A stretch of DNA of 53,817 bases from Candidatus Heimdallarchaeota archaeon (GTDB lineage Archaea > Asgardarchaeota > Heimdallarchaeia > Heimdallarchaeales > Heimdallarchaeaceae), in NCBI GenBank assembly GCA_018238545.1, contig JABCTC010000023.1:1-53817 (forward strand). Reading direction: 5' to 3'. The notes below the pieces were generated by a model, which was given only the letters and a program-made list of their open reading frames with translations, searched no databases and was not told the DNA's origin. The position numbers were made by a program, and so were the translations under genes. Positions 18,533 through 27,962 of the stretch are shown one piece after another (position 1 is the first letter of the stretch; each line of letters begins with the position of its first letter).

Positions 18533-19213
18533 ATTTCAAAAGATTCAAAGAGATATATTGTTGGAATAGATGAAGCTGGAAGGGGTCCAGTTATTGGTCC
18601 TCTTGTGATTTGTGCTTATGTGGTAGAATATGAAAAACACCAAGATTTAAAGAAAATGGGGGCTAAAGATTCCAAATTGTTATCTAAAAATCAAAGAGAG
18701 AATCTCTATCCTAAGTTAAAAAATATCGCTACTGAAATTAAAGTTAAAAATCTATCTGCAGCAGAAATTGATGAATTAAGAAAACGCATCTCTTTGAACG
18801 TAATTGAGCAACAAATCATGCTCAAACTTACCAAAGATGTGAAACATGATCTCGAAGCGATTTATATTGATGCAGCAGATGTAAACGAGAAAAGATTCGG
18901 TCTAGTTTTTGAAAAAGAGTTTCCTAAAGCAAAAGTTTTCTCCAAACATCAAGCAGATAAACATTTCCCAGTAGTCTCAGCAGCTTCTATAATTGCCAAA
19001 GTAGAGCGAGATCGTGCAGTTAAATCTTTGAGTTTAAAAATGGGTGAGGATATAGGTTCTGGATATCCAGCTGATCCAAAAACAAAGAAATTTCTGAAAA
19101 AATATTTTGCTAAACACAAGAACTTCCCTCCTTTTGTGAGAGAATCTTGGGATACAGCTAAGAGAATAAGAAAAGAACATTCAGATTCAAAACTAACGGA
19201 TTACTTTGGTTAA
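18533..19213 (+). CDS. rnhB: Ribonuclease HII (start extended to a probable ATT codon)
   Basis: In-frame GIDEAGRGPVIGPL lies upstream of the track's 18605 start; DSKLL, IDAAD, VSAASIIAKV.RD, GSGYPAD. Confidence 0.93.
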   Translation: MSKDSKRYIVGIDEAGRGPVIGPLVICAYVVEYEKHQDLKKMGAKDSKLLSKNQRENLYPKLKNIATEIKVKNLSAAEIDELRKRISLNVIEQQIMLKLTKDVKHDLEAIYIDAADVNEKRFGLVFEKEFPKAKVFSKHQADKHFPVVSAASIIAKVERDRAVKSLSLKMGEDIGSGYPADPKTKKFLKKYFAKHKNFPPFVRESWDTAKRIRKEHSDSKLTDYFG

Positions 19214-19905
19214 GAGAAATAATGCTTATCTTCTTTCTCTTCTAATTGCTCGCTGTCTTCTATAATTGTGCTTAATTTTCTCTTTTTAAATATTAAAGGA
19301 ATAATTAGACCACTAATCAAACCAATAGCATGGGCAAATACATTAACATTGATTCCTGCTGAAAATCCTAAGAAGATTGCACCTATTCCAATGTATATCC
19401 ATAAACTCTTTTTTTTCTCTTCTTGATAAGCTAAAATCAAATCAGCTCCCAGTAAACCAAAAATCCCACCACTAGCACCAGCACTGATGGTAGCTAAACC
19501 AAATGCAAATAGAGTTAAAATGCTCCCCAGCAATCCAGACAAAATAAAAATTAAGTAATATTGCCACGAGAAGAATTTTTCCTCTGCTCTCAATCCATAG
19601 ATGAAAAGAAACAAACTATTTGAAAGGAAATGTATTAAATTTGTATGAACAAAAATAGAGGTAAACAGCTGATATATATGTCCTTCATAAACCCTCCAAT
19701 TAGCTTGTCCAACTGTAGCTAATAATTCATTAGAAATGGTAAACAAACTAATTAAATCATAAATTGGATAGAAAACTATCGTTAAAATTGATAATATAAT
19801 ATAAACTACTAAGATTATTAAGAAAATGTTTCTAGTAGGAAGGTTTGTTCTCCAAAAAGATTTGAAGGTAAATTCTTTATCCTCTTCCACCATACTTTGT
19901 TTCAC
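19210..19905 (-). CDS. Rhomboid intramembrane serine protease
   Basis: H..LIHFLSN, GASGG, AHAIG; multiple TM helices. Confidence 0.92.
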   Translation of the reverse strand: MKQSMVEEDKEFTFKSFWRTNLPTRNIFLIILVVYIILSILTIVFYPIYDLISLFTISNELLATVGQANWRVYEGHIYQLFTSIFVHTNLIHFLSNSLFLFIYGLRAEEKFFSWQYYLIFILSGLLGSILTLFAFGLATISAGASGGIFGLLGADLILAYQEEKKKSLWIYIGIGAIFLGFSAGINVNVFAHAIGLISGLIIPLIFKKRKLSTIIEDSEQLEEKEDKHYFS

Positions 19906-20255
19906 AACTTAGGTAATATAAACATGTTGAAAAGTAAAAAAAGGCGATTATTTTGTCTCCTGAATTGAATAGAACACACAAGATTCTACACCTTCTGTGA
20001 TTATGGCCTTACGTGCCTTAACAAATCCAACTATAGTACTTAAAAAATCTGAAACCTGTTTGGTTTCAATGTAAAAATTTAATCTATTACATACTTAGTG
20101 AGAAAATCTATATTAACCATAGGTAATGACAAAAAATTATACATTAGTCTGAAACCTCTTGTAATCTAAATATACAGTGAAAGAAGCTATTATTTCTCTA
20201 GAATATCAATTGACAATCTTTTTATTGCAGATTTTTTTTCTCTGCTTGAATCAAA

Positions 20256-20750
20256 ATGGACTATAGTGGTATGCCAATTGCAAAAGTAAATGAAGCAGGT
20301 GATATCACGATTCTCAAACATATCTATTTCGAATGCACAGCCAGTTGTTCAGATTGCTGTCGTGTGAATTCTATTCCAGTAACCGAGAAAGATGCCCAAA
20401 GGTTATTGGATAATGGACTTGAGGTAGATCAATTTTTAGAATCTTTAAGTCCTGTACTTATTCCTAGTACTAATGTCAAAGGAGGTTTTATCAAAGCTCA
20501 TATGCTCAAGAAAAAACCCTTTGTAAAGGAGTGTGTATTCTTAGATAGCAATCTATTATGCAAAATTCATTCATTCAAACCTCTAGCATGTCGATTATAT
20601 CCGTTTGCAGTCAGAAAATCAGATGAAGGATTCATTGCAATAATTCACCCGGATACTATCTGCACGTTTATAGACATTGATGTAAAGGAAGCAAAATCAA
20701 ATACTATAGAGATTGTTCAAAATCTTATCTCCTTGTTATCATTGGAGTGA
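20256..20750 (+). CDS. YkgJ-family cysteine-cluster (Fe-S/Zn) protein
   Basis: FECTASCSDCC, CVFL..CKIH..KPLACRLYPF. Confidence 0.88.
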   Translation: MDYSGMPIAKVNEAGDITILKHIYFECTASCSDCCRVNSIPVTEKDAQRLLDNGLEVDQFLESLSPVLIPSTNVKGGFIKAHMLKKKPFVKECVFLDSNLLCKIHSFKPLACRLYPFAVRKSDEGFIAIIHPDTICTFIDIDVKEAKSNTIEIVQNLISLLSLE

Positions 20751-20879
20751 AAATACTATGTCTGAAAAATCTTCTATTTTATATGTGAATTTCAAAATTA
20801 TATGTCGAAGATTATATATGCTGTAAAGTATATCTTTACGATAAAAAAATTTATCACTAATTAATGTGGATGTTGGATA

Positions 20880-22250
20880 ATGAGTTTGTTTAAGACCAAT
20901 TTTATGAAACTAGTAGAAGCTTATTTACAAGATCAAGGGTTCACTGTTGAACTTTGTAATATCTATACAAGAGGTGTTGATTTCTATCAAAGTTACAAAA
21001 GAATCATAATCTGTGCCTACAAAGATAATCTCCTATTATGTATCAGAGCACGTAGTGGAGATATTAGTGATCCTTTCAGAGGATCAGAAGACCAAATAGA
21101 ATTGAAGCTTCAAGAACCTGCTCTTAAACTACTGAGTTGCGTGCTCTCTCTTAACTCTGGAATAGATCCTATTTATTGTGAGAAATTTGAAGGTATGACA
21201 GCTGTGCCTATTATTATAATGGAAAAGTCATCTCGGTCTCATCCATTATATTATTTCTTTGATGGCGAAGCTAGAGAATCAAAAGACTGGTATAAAAAGA
21301 AAAATGTGGTTTACTTACCATGGGATTGGATTAAAGAATTTTGGAATATGGATTTTGAGGAATCTCTCAAAACTCAAGGATACAGCGTTTCTAAACCCAT
21401 AGAATATGAGGAATCTGAACATATTAGAACTGCTGTTACAGAACTTGAAGAGATTTTTGCATCTAGACGAATTGGTGTTATAAAATCTGTTTATCTCTCC
21501 AAACCCACTCTTCCCCCATTGGTTTTAACTTTAACAAACAACAATCAAATGATGATTTTCATGGTCGATGAGTCTGATGAAACTCTACATCCAAAGTTGA
21601 TGGATTTTGCTGTTTACTATTTTGGAGCTAAAACTCAGAAGTTTCCGTCAACTGCAAATGCAATGTTTTTCAATATCATAACAAAAGAACCGAAAGAAAG
21701 TTTTCTTCAACCTTATCTACCAAAGGATAATGAATTTGTAGAGAAAAATTTTGATAATCCCGTAGTAATTAAGACTACAATTAAAGGTTTTAAACAACTT
21801 CTTGAGGTAGCTAAACCTGCGGAAATTGCCTCTATTCACCAGTTAAGTACGATTCCGAGTATGGAAGTAGATTCACTTTTACGTGTGTCATCAGGTTATT
21901 GGTTCTCAGCTATTTTCGAAAAAGGCAAAAAACGAATGAAAAGATTCTTTTCCACAAAATGCCCTTTTTGTTCAAATTCAATAGTTAGTCATCAACTTCC
22001 AAACAAAGTTCTCTCTAAACTAAAATTGGATGTTGATTTGAGTAAAGAAAATTTCTACGCTACCTACTGTGACAATAAAAAACTAGGGTGTGGCATGGGT
22101 TTTGTTGTCGTTAAGGACATATTTCACGGTGGCATCCATGGAATATTTACTGGGGAAGCGCACCAATATGCTCACGAAGTCGATAACGCAAAACAGAAAA
22201 TCAAAGATATAGGTTTAGAAGTTCAATCGTTTCAACATATTCCCACTTAA
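20880..22250 (+). CDS. Hypothetical protein; possible degenerate restriction-endonuclease-like folds plus C-terminal Cys cluster
   Basis: Long ORF; N-terminal LVEAYLQDQGFTVE; CPFC...YC-x6-C near the C-terminus. Confidence 0.6.
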   Translation: MSLFKTNFMKLVEAYLQDQGFTVELCNIYTRGVDFYQSYKRIIICAYKDNLLLCIRARSGDISDPFRGSEDQIELKLQEPALKLLSCVLSLNSGIDPIYCEKFEGMTAVPIIIMEKSSRSHPLYYFFDGEARESKDWYKKKNVVYLPWDWIKEFWNMDFEESLKTQGYSVSKPIEYEESEHIRTAVTELEEIFASRRIGVIKSVYLSKPTLPPLVLTLTNNNQMMIFMVDESDETLHPKLMDFAVYYFGAKTQKFPSTANAMFFNIITKEPKESFLQPYLPKDNEFVEKNFDNPVVIKTTIKGFKQLLEVAKPAEIASIHQLSTIPSMEVDSLLRVSSGYWFSAIFEKGKKRMKRFFSTKCPFCSNSIVSHQLPNKVLSKLKLDVDLSKENFYATYCDNKKLGCGMGFVVVKDIFHGGIHGIFTGEAHQYAHEVDNAKQKIKDIGLEVQSFQHIPT

Positions 22251-22253
22251 GAT

Positions 22254-22643
22254 CTAAATGGGTGCAAACTTGTATCCATATCGAATTAAACCTTCTGTAC
22301 CATTTCTAGCTAGTACACGGAAAACCATCCTTACATCCCCTCCTTCTTTTACTTCATTCAGATTACAGTCAACGATTTGGCCAGTAATTTTGACGCCATC
22401 ATCCAGTTCTATTATGGCGATTAAGTAAGGGGTGCTGCTCATCATTTCATCTGTAGTTTGAGTAACAATTGAGAAATGCAGTATTTTTCCTGTTGTAGCA
22501 AGTTTGTATTCTTTCACATTTTCGCTTCCACACTTTGTACAATTCTCTGTGAAAGGAAATTGTTTAGTCATACAATCTGAGCATTCAATTCCTATTGCCA
22601 AATATTTGCCTCGTTTTTCTCTCCAAATTTTGGGTGGTTCCAT
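22254..22643 (-). CDS. DUF35 Zn-ribbon/OB-fold scaffold protein of the thiolase/HMG-CoA synthase complex
   Basis: CSDC..FP..CTKCGS, PY..AIIELDDG, G.I.YGYKF; in operon with thiolase and HMGS. Confidence 0.92.
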   Translation of the reverse strand: MEPPKIWREKRGKYLAIGIECSDCMTKQFPFTENCTKCGSENVKEYKLATTGKILHFSIVTQTTDEMMSSTPYLIAIIELDDGVKITGQIVDCNLNEVKEGGDVRMVFRVLARNGTEGLIRYGYKFAPI

Positions 22644-23824
22644 TATTTTTTCACCTCTTCTTTTCCAAGAACATTTACGTAAGTTATGGCTCCTGTCCCC
22701 ATTACATTTTGTGTCAATCCGTAGTTAATAGAACCAACTTGACGTTTACCTGCTTCTCCTCGCATCTGTTCTACTATCTCAATGATTTGAGCGACTCCAG
22801 TTGCACCGAATGGGTCTCCTCTTGCTTTTAATCCACCACTTGTATTTATGCTCACTTCACCATTTAGCTCAGTTAAGCCTTCTTCAGCAGCTTTTCCTCC
22901 TTCACCTTTCCTAAAGAAACCAAGATCTTCAATAGCAAGTATTTCACCTATGGGGTATGAGTCATGAACTTCGGCTACATTGATATTTTCTGGTTTAATG
23001 TTTGCCATTTTATATGCTGTAGCTGCTGCTGTTTTTGTAGCATTTAATTCAGTTAATGAATTACGATGATGTAATGCTAAATTATCTGAGGCATAACTGG
23101 ATCCTAAAATTGGAATTTTGCTGCTTATATCATTATTATGAAGTATAAAATCTTCTGAAGCTAAAATAACAGAGGCACTTCCATCACAAAAGGCAGCAGA
23201 ATCAAATTTACCTATTGGATCAGCAATTCTTTTTGCATTAAGGAATCTTTCAATTGCAATTTCTTTTCTGAATTGAGCATTAGGATTATTAACACCATTT
23301 TTGTGGTTTTTTACTGGAACAGATGCAAGTTGTTCCATGGTTGTTTGAAATTCTTTCATATGAGCTTTAGTTAGTATTGCATAGAGACTTGTTAGTGTTG
23401 CACCCATCTCAAATTCCCATTGATAATCAATAGTTGAACCTAGGATTCTTTCAACTACACCTACATTAACAAAATCACTCAATTTCTCAACACCTACTAC
23501 TGCCAAACAGTCATAAACTCCACTCAATATGCCAAGATATGCTTGATGAAATGCTGCAGATCCACTGGCGTTTCCAGCTTCAATTCGAACATGAGGTGTT
23601 TTTATGTTGCTCTCCCTTAAGCAATTGGCTCCTATGGTTGGTTGTGAATTTGAACCTGAAACTAATGATCCAATAAATGTACTTTGTACTGATTCTTTCG
23701 GGATTTTGGAATTTTCAATTGCAAGTGTTAATGCTTTTGAAGCTAGTTTGCCTGAGCTATTTTCATAACTTTCTCCAAAACTTGTTATTCCTGTTCCAAT
23801 TATAAACACATTACGTTTTGCCAT
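22643..23824 (-). CDS. Archaeal acetoacetyl-CoA thiolase homologue with substituted catalytic residues
   Basis: Thiolase fold motifs GVEK, KNHKNG..NP.A, DGSA, AEVHD, NTSGGLKA.G.P.GATG; see findings. Confidence 0.88.
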   Translation of the reverse strand: MAKRNVFIIGTGITSFGESYENSSGKLASKALTLAIENSKIPKESVQSTFIGSLVSGSNSQPTIGANCLRESNIKTPHVRIEAGNASGSAAFHQAYLGILSGVYDCLAVVGVEKLSDFVNVGVVERILGSTIDYQWEFEMGATLTSLYAILTKAHMKEFQTTMEQLASVPVKNHKNGVNNPNAQFRKEIAIERFLNAKRIADPIGKFDSAAFCDGSASVILASEDFILHNNDISSKIPILGSSYASDNLALHHRNSLTELNATKTAAATAYKMANIKPENINVAEVHDSYPIGEILAIEDLGFFRKGEGGKAAEEGLTELNGEVSINTSGGLKARGDPFGATGVAQIIEIVEQMRGEAGKRQVGSINYGLTQNVMGTGAITYVNVLGKEEVKK

Positions 23825-23828
23825 TTAC

Positions 23829-24869
23829 TCACCTCAAAATCCCCTTAAATCTTGCATACTTTCCATATTCTATGTACTCTATTTGGTTTAGATAATATTG
23901 AGTGTCATATTTGTATGGACGAATACTGTTTATTGATTCTGTAACTGTAAATGAAAATGAATCACTTCCTGCTCCACTTCCATAGGATGTTAATAATATT
24001 CTATCTCCAGGATTAGCGTGGTTAAGAACATTAGCGAACCCTAATATTGAAGAAGCCGAATAAGCATTTCCCATTTGTTTGCAGATTAATCCTAATTCAA
24101 CTTGTTCTTTTGAAAAACCTAACATTCTCGCAGCAACTTGAGGAAATTTAGCGTTAGGTTGATGGAAAATAACATGCTGATAATCAGAGGTTTTTGTTCC
24201 TAGTTCTTCCATCAAACCTTTTGAAGCATCAATTGTATGCTTAAAATAAGCAGGCTGTCCAGTGAATCTAACGCCGTGCGAAGGATAAACTGCTCCTTCC
24301 CTTCTCCAAAAATCAGGCATGTCTGTTGTAACTGAATAGGTTCCTTCCAGTTCTGCTATGATATTCTCTGAACCTATTAGAAAAGCTGCACTTCCTGCTC
24401 CTGCTGTATATTCCAATGGATCCCTTGGTCTTCCTTGACTACTATCAGCTCCGATAGCAAGTCCTAGAGAAATCATTTTTGATTTAACTAGTCCAAAACA
24501 CATTTGCATTCCCGCAGTTCCAGCTTTGCATGCAAACTCTAAATCAGCAGCTGTCAGAGTTTTTTCTACATCTAGAGCTGCCGCAACAATTGTTGCCGTT
24601 GGTTTAACTGCATAGGGATGAGATTCACTCCCCACATAAATTGCCCCTATATCATTTTCCTTACCCTTCCATCTGCTAATAGCATTTCTAGCAGATTCAA
24701 CCGCCATTGTAGCTACATCTTCATCTGGTCCTGGAACGGATTTACTATGTATCTGAGATTGAGCCTTTATTTCATCGGGATCTTCTTCCCATACCTTTGC
24801 AATCTCCTCTATCTTAATTCTATAACGTGGAACATAAGAACCATATGAAACAATTCCAACTTTATTCAT
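23829..24869 (-). CDS. Hydroxymethylglutaryl-CoA synthase (archaeal type)
   Basis: GSESHPYAVKP, EFACKAGT, DFWRR, FHQPN, SYGSGAGSD. Confidence 0.96.
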   Translation of the reverse strand: MNKVGIVSYGSYVPRYRIKIEEIAKVWEEDPDEIKAQSQIHSKSVPGPDEDVATMAVESARNAISRWKGKENDIGAIYVGSESHPYAVKPTATIVAAALDVEKTLTAADLEFACKAGTAGMQMCFGLVKSKMISLGLAIGADSSQGRPRDPLEYTAGAGSAAFLIGSENIIAELEGTYSVTTDMPDFWRREGAVYPSHGVRFTGQPAYFKHTIDASKGLMEELGTKTSDYQHVIFHQPNAKFPQVAARMLGFSKEQVELGLICKQMGNAYSASSILGFANVLNHANPGDRILLTSYGSGAGSDSFSFTVTESINSIRPYKYDTQYYLNQIEYIEYGKYARFKGILR

Positions 24870-25001
24870 GATTATACCTTTGTTTCTTGAGTGATAGATG
24901 CAATAGTAATAATATCTGAATGTTTTCTATTATTAGACACAATAAGTCTTACCTCTAATTAAAATTTTGCCAATCAAGATGGAAGTGTAGATAGAAATAT
25001 T

Positions 25002-25688
25002 CTAACTACTTTCAGAATTGTTACTGGATTTTCTTGTAATTACAACTTTTGCAGGTTTAATAACAACATCTTCTAGAATGAACCCAATTGAAACTACATC
25101 TGCTATTGTATTGGTTTCAACTTCATCATTTTCAATAATGTGGATAGCTTCATGATATTGTGGGTTGAAAATTTCCTTTTCAGGTTCAATAGTTTTAACA
25201 TTTAGTGATTCAAATGTTGCTTTCAAATTACTAAATACTAAGTTAAGAGCTTCTTTCAAACTTCCAATATCAGGATTATCATTAAATGAAGTAACAGATC
25301 TATCTAAATCATCATAGAATGATAAAAATCTTTCAACTATTTTCATTTTACTTTGAAAACTTGACCATTCTTGATCTTTATAAGCTCTTTTCTTGTAATT
25401 CTCAAAATTAGCCTGAACCATCTGTGCAGTCTTTAAATAATCACTTTTTTCCATGTTTGATTGCTTTAGCTCTTTGAAAAGACTCATATATTTTTCAACA
25501 GCTTTGTCAGTCTTATTTTTCGCAATTAAATGTTGAAATTCTTCTCTTATTTTGTCCATCTCTAACTTTTCATAATCAACCTTCTCAGGTTCTTTAATTT
25601 CAGCTTCTGTAATGTCTTCAATATCCTCTACATCGACTTCAATTAAATCATCAGTAGACTTTTTATTAGTTTTTTCGTTTTCGCTCAT
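25002..25688 (-). CDS. grpE: Nucleotide exchange factor GrpE (start likely MSENEK at 25688)
   Basis: ANFENYKKR, FNPQYHEA, GF.L.D.VIKPAKVV; AGGTGAGG ribosome-binding site before 25688. Confidence 0.9.
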   Translation of the reverse strand: MSENEKTNKKSTDDLIEVDVEDIEDITEAEIKEPEKVDYEKLEMDKIREEFQHLIAKNKTDKAVEKYMSLFKELKQSNMEKSDYLKTAQMVQANFENYKKRAYKDQEWSSFQSKMKIVERFLSFYDDLDRSVTSFNDNPDIGSLKEALNLVFSNLKATFESLNVKTIEPEKEIFNPQYHEAIHIIENDEVETNTIADVVSIGFILEDVVIKPAKVVITRKSSNNSESS

Positions 25689-25906
25689 GAGAGAGCCCTC
25701 ACCTTTAAATGTCGATTTTTTCAAGAGTTTACTGACATTTAAAATCTTCCATTCAACCATTTTTATTAAATGACTATATTATTACGAAACTAATTGTTTT
25801 TAATTTGAAGAAAACAAACATTTATGTATACAAGATAAATGGAGGCAACTAGCGGGTAAATGTAACTTATGCCCTTGATTTCAATCTTGAACATAGTAAC
25901 TTAAAG

Positions 25907-27136
25907 GTGATGAATATGCCTGAGAAAGGAGAAAAATCTACAGAAGAAAATAAAGAGATACTTAAAGAATTAATAAGGAAACTACACGATGGTGTGAATC
26001 CAGAGGAAGTTAGGAAAGAGTTCAAGATATCAATCAAAAACATGACAACTATTCAATTTGCGAATGCTGAAGCGCTTTTAATCAAGGAAGGCATGCCTGC
26101 AGAAGAGATTCATCACATGTGTGATGTTCATTTAGCAGTATTAGCAGAAACACTAACAGAAGATGTAAAATTAGCTCCTGAAGGTCACCCAGTTAACATT
26201 TTAATGCAAGAACATGCAATTCTTCTAAAATATGCAAATGAATTAAGAGATTTGTATAAAGACATTAGAGAGAAGTCCAAATACGCCGAAATTTCAAAAG
26301 AGCTCGAGAAAATTACTTCTATAATTGATCACTTTAAAGCTTCATCCAGTCACTACATTCGAGAAGAAAACATACTGTTTTCATATTTAGAAAAACATGG
26401 TGTTACACAACCTCCCAAAATAATGTGGATAGATCACGATAGAATTCGTGACATTGAAAAGAACCTTTATTCATTATTAGAGAAAAAGGAAGAATTAGAA
26501 TATGAAGAATTTGTTAAACTCTTCCATAACTATGCACATGGTTTGGCAGAAATGTTAGCTAGTCACTTTTCCAAAGAAAATAAAGTTCTATTTCCAACAG
26601 CAATGCAAGTATGTACCGACGATGAATGGATTGAAATGAGGAATCAATTCGATGATATTGGTTACTGCTGTTTCACTCCTGAGCTTCCAGATGTTGAGCA
26701 TAAGGAAGAAGAAGAAATTAAAACCTCTTCTAGAATTTCTGATGCTTTGGACTTTGGAACAGGTACTTTAACATTTAACGACTTGAAAATGATGTTTGAG
26801 ACTTTACCTGTTGACATAACATATGTTAGCAAGGATAACACTGTCAAATTTTATAGTGAAGGTGATAGGATATTTCCTCGCGCTCCAAGTATAATCGGAC
26901 GTCTTGTAGAAAATTGTCATCCTGATAAAAGCGTTGATAGAGTTCTTGAGATTATTGAAAATTTTAAAAATAATACACTAGATAAAGCAGAATTCTGGTT
27001 AGAAATGGAAGGAAGGATAATATACATCCGCTATTTCCCGATGAGGGATTCCAAGGGGGAATATCAAGGAGTTCTAGAAGTTACTCAAGATATAACTCAA
27101 ATTCGTAAAATTGAAGGAGAAAAACGTCTCCTTTAA
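25907..27136 (+). CDS. DUF438 + hemerythrin-like + PAS domain protein
   Basis: LHDG, MCDVH, GHPV..LMQEH, HYIREEN.LF, MWIDHD, H..KEN..LFP, LPVDITYV, RIFPR..IIGR.V.NCHP, GVLEVTQDI. Confidence 0.88.
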   Translation: MMNMPEKGEKSTEENKEILKELIRKLHDGVNPEEVRKEFKISIKNMTTIQFANAEALLIKEGMPAEEIHHMCDVHLAVLAETLTEDVKLAPEGHPVNILMQEHAILLKYANELRDLYKDIREKSKYAEISKELEKITSIIDHFKASSSHYIREENILFSYLEKHGVTQPPKIMWIDHDRIRDIEKNLYSLLEKKEELEYEEFVKLFHNYAHGLAEMLASHFSKENKVLFPTAMQVCTDDEWIEMRNQFDDIGYCCFTPELPDVEHKEEEEIKTSSRISDALDFGTGTLTFNDLKMMFETLPVDITYVSKDNTVKFYSEGDRIFPRAPSIIGRLVENCHPDKSVDRVLEIIENFKNNTLDKAEFWLEMEGRIIYIRYFPMRDSKGEYQGVLEVTQDITQIRKIEGEKRLL

Positions 27137-27182
27137 TTATTTAGCAAAAATAAGATTTTTAAATCATTAAGTTAACTTCCAC

Positions 27183-27261
27183 TTGGCCAGAGCTTATCAT
27201 AGACCTCTCAGAGCAATGTTATGGCTAGCGGTGAAGAGAGTGTGCTCTCTGGCCAATAATT
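27183..27261 (+). ncRNA. K-turn-containing hairpin; candidate H/ACA guide RNA or L7Ae-binding 5' leader
   Basis: 10-bp stem 27183-27192/27247-27256, internal loop, CTCTC/GAGAG stem capped by tandem GA/AG with GGT bulge, ATA after the stem, TTTAAA box about 25 nt upstream. Confidence 0.55.
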
Positions 27262-27274
27262 GTGAGTGGTAAAA

Positions 27275-27889
27275 ATGAAAATTATAGTTCTATCAGGTCT
27301 CCCCTTAAGTGGAAAAACAACATATGCAAAAAAACTAGGTCCTAAATACAAAATGCCTTTGTACGAAACAGGGGCAGAAGTATTGGAAGAAGTTACAGGA
27401 AGAGGTTTAGAATTTTCACCTGAAAATATTAAGAAAGTTACTGATGAATGCAAGAAAATTTCTGATAGTTACTTTACTGAAAGATTAATTAAGAAAGTAG
27501 ATGCTCTAACTGCTGATATATCTGGTGTATTTTTATCTGGTTTAAGGGCGGTTTCTGAAATTGAGGTTCTTAAAAAACATTATGGGGACGAAAATGTTTT
27601 CGTGATAGCTTTTCACACTTCTATGAAAACAAGGTTCAACCGTTTAAATAATGCTGATAGGGTTGCAGAAACAACAGGAGCAAAAGCAAAGGAAGATATT
27701 CTTCTGAGAAACTTTGACAATTTCCTTGCAAGAAACAAGAAAGAGCTAGGTTATGGAGTAGGTGATGTAATAGCTTTGGCTGATTATATGATGAGTACAG
27801 AAAATGAACTCTGGCCCTACGTTACCATTGAGAAGAATACTGAAGCTTTTGAGATTATTTTGAAAGAAATTCTTGGGCTAAAAGATTAA
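27275..27889 (+). CDS. P-loop nucleotide-kinase-like protein (dephospho-CoA kinase-like, UPF0200-type)
   Basis: IIVLSGLPLSGKTT, G.R..SE, R.KKELGYGVGDVIALADY. Confidence 0.78.
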   Translation: MKIIVLSGLPLSGKTTYAKKLGPKYKMPLYETGAEVLEEVTGRGLEFSPENIKKVTDECKKISDSYFTERLIKKVDALTADISGVFLSGLRAVSEIEVLKKHYGDENVFVIAFHTSMKTRFNRLNNADRVAETTGAKAKEDILLRNFDNFLARNKKELGYGVGDVIALADYMMSTENELWPYVTIEKNTEAFEIILKEILGLKD

Positions 27890-27962
27890 CAATCTTTCAT
27901 CTCTTCAATTATTGTCAATTATTATTTGCATTCTTTGAATAAATACCTTTATTTGTTACTTT

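Noticed and set aside
19948-20091. About 48-codon open frame on the minus strand upstream of the rhomboid gene
   Set aside because: No canonical start codon near its 5' end and no recognisable motif.
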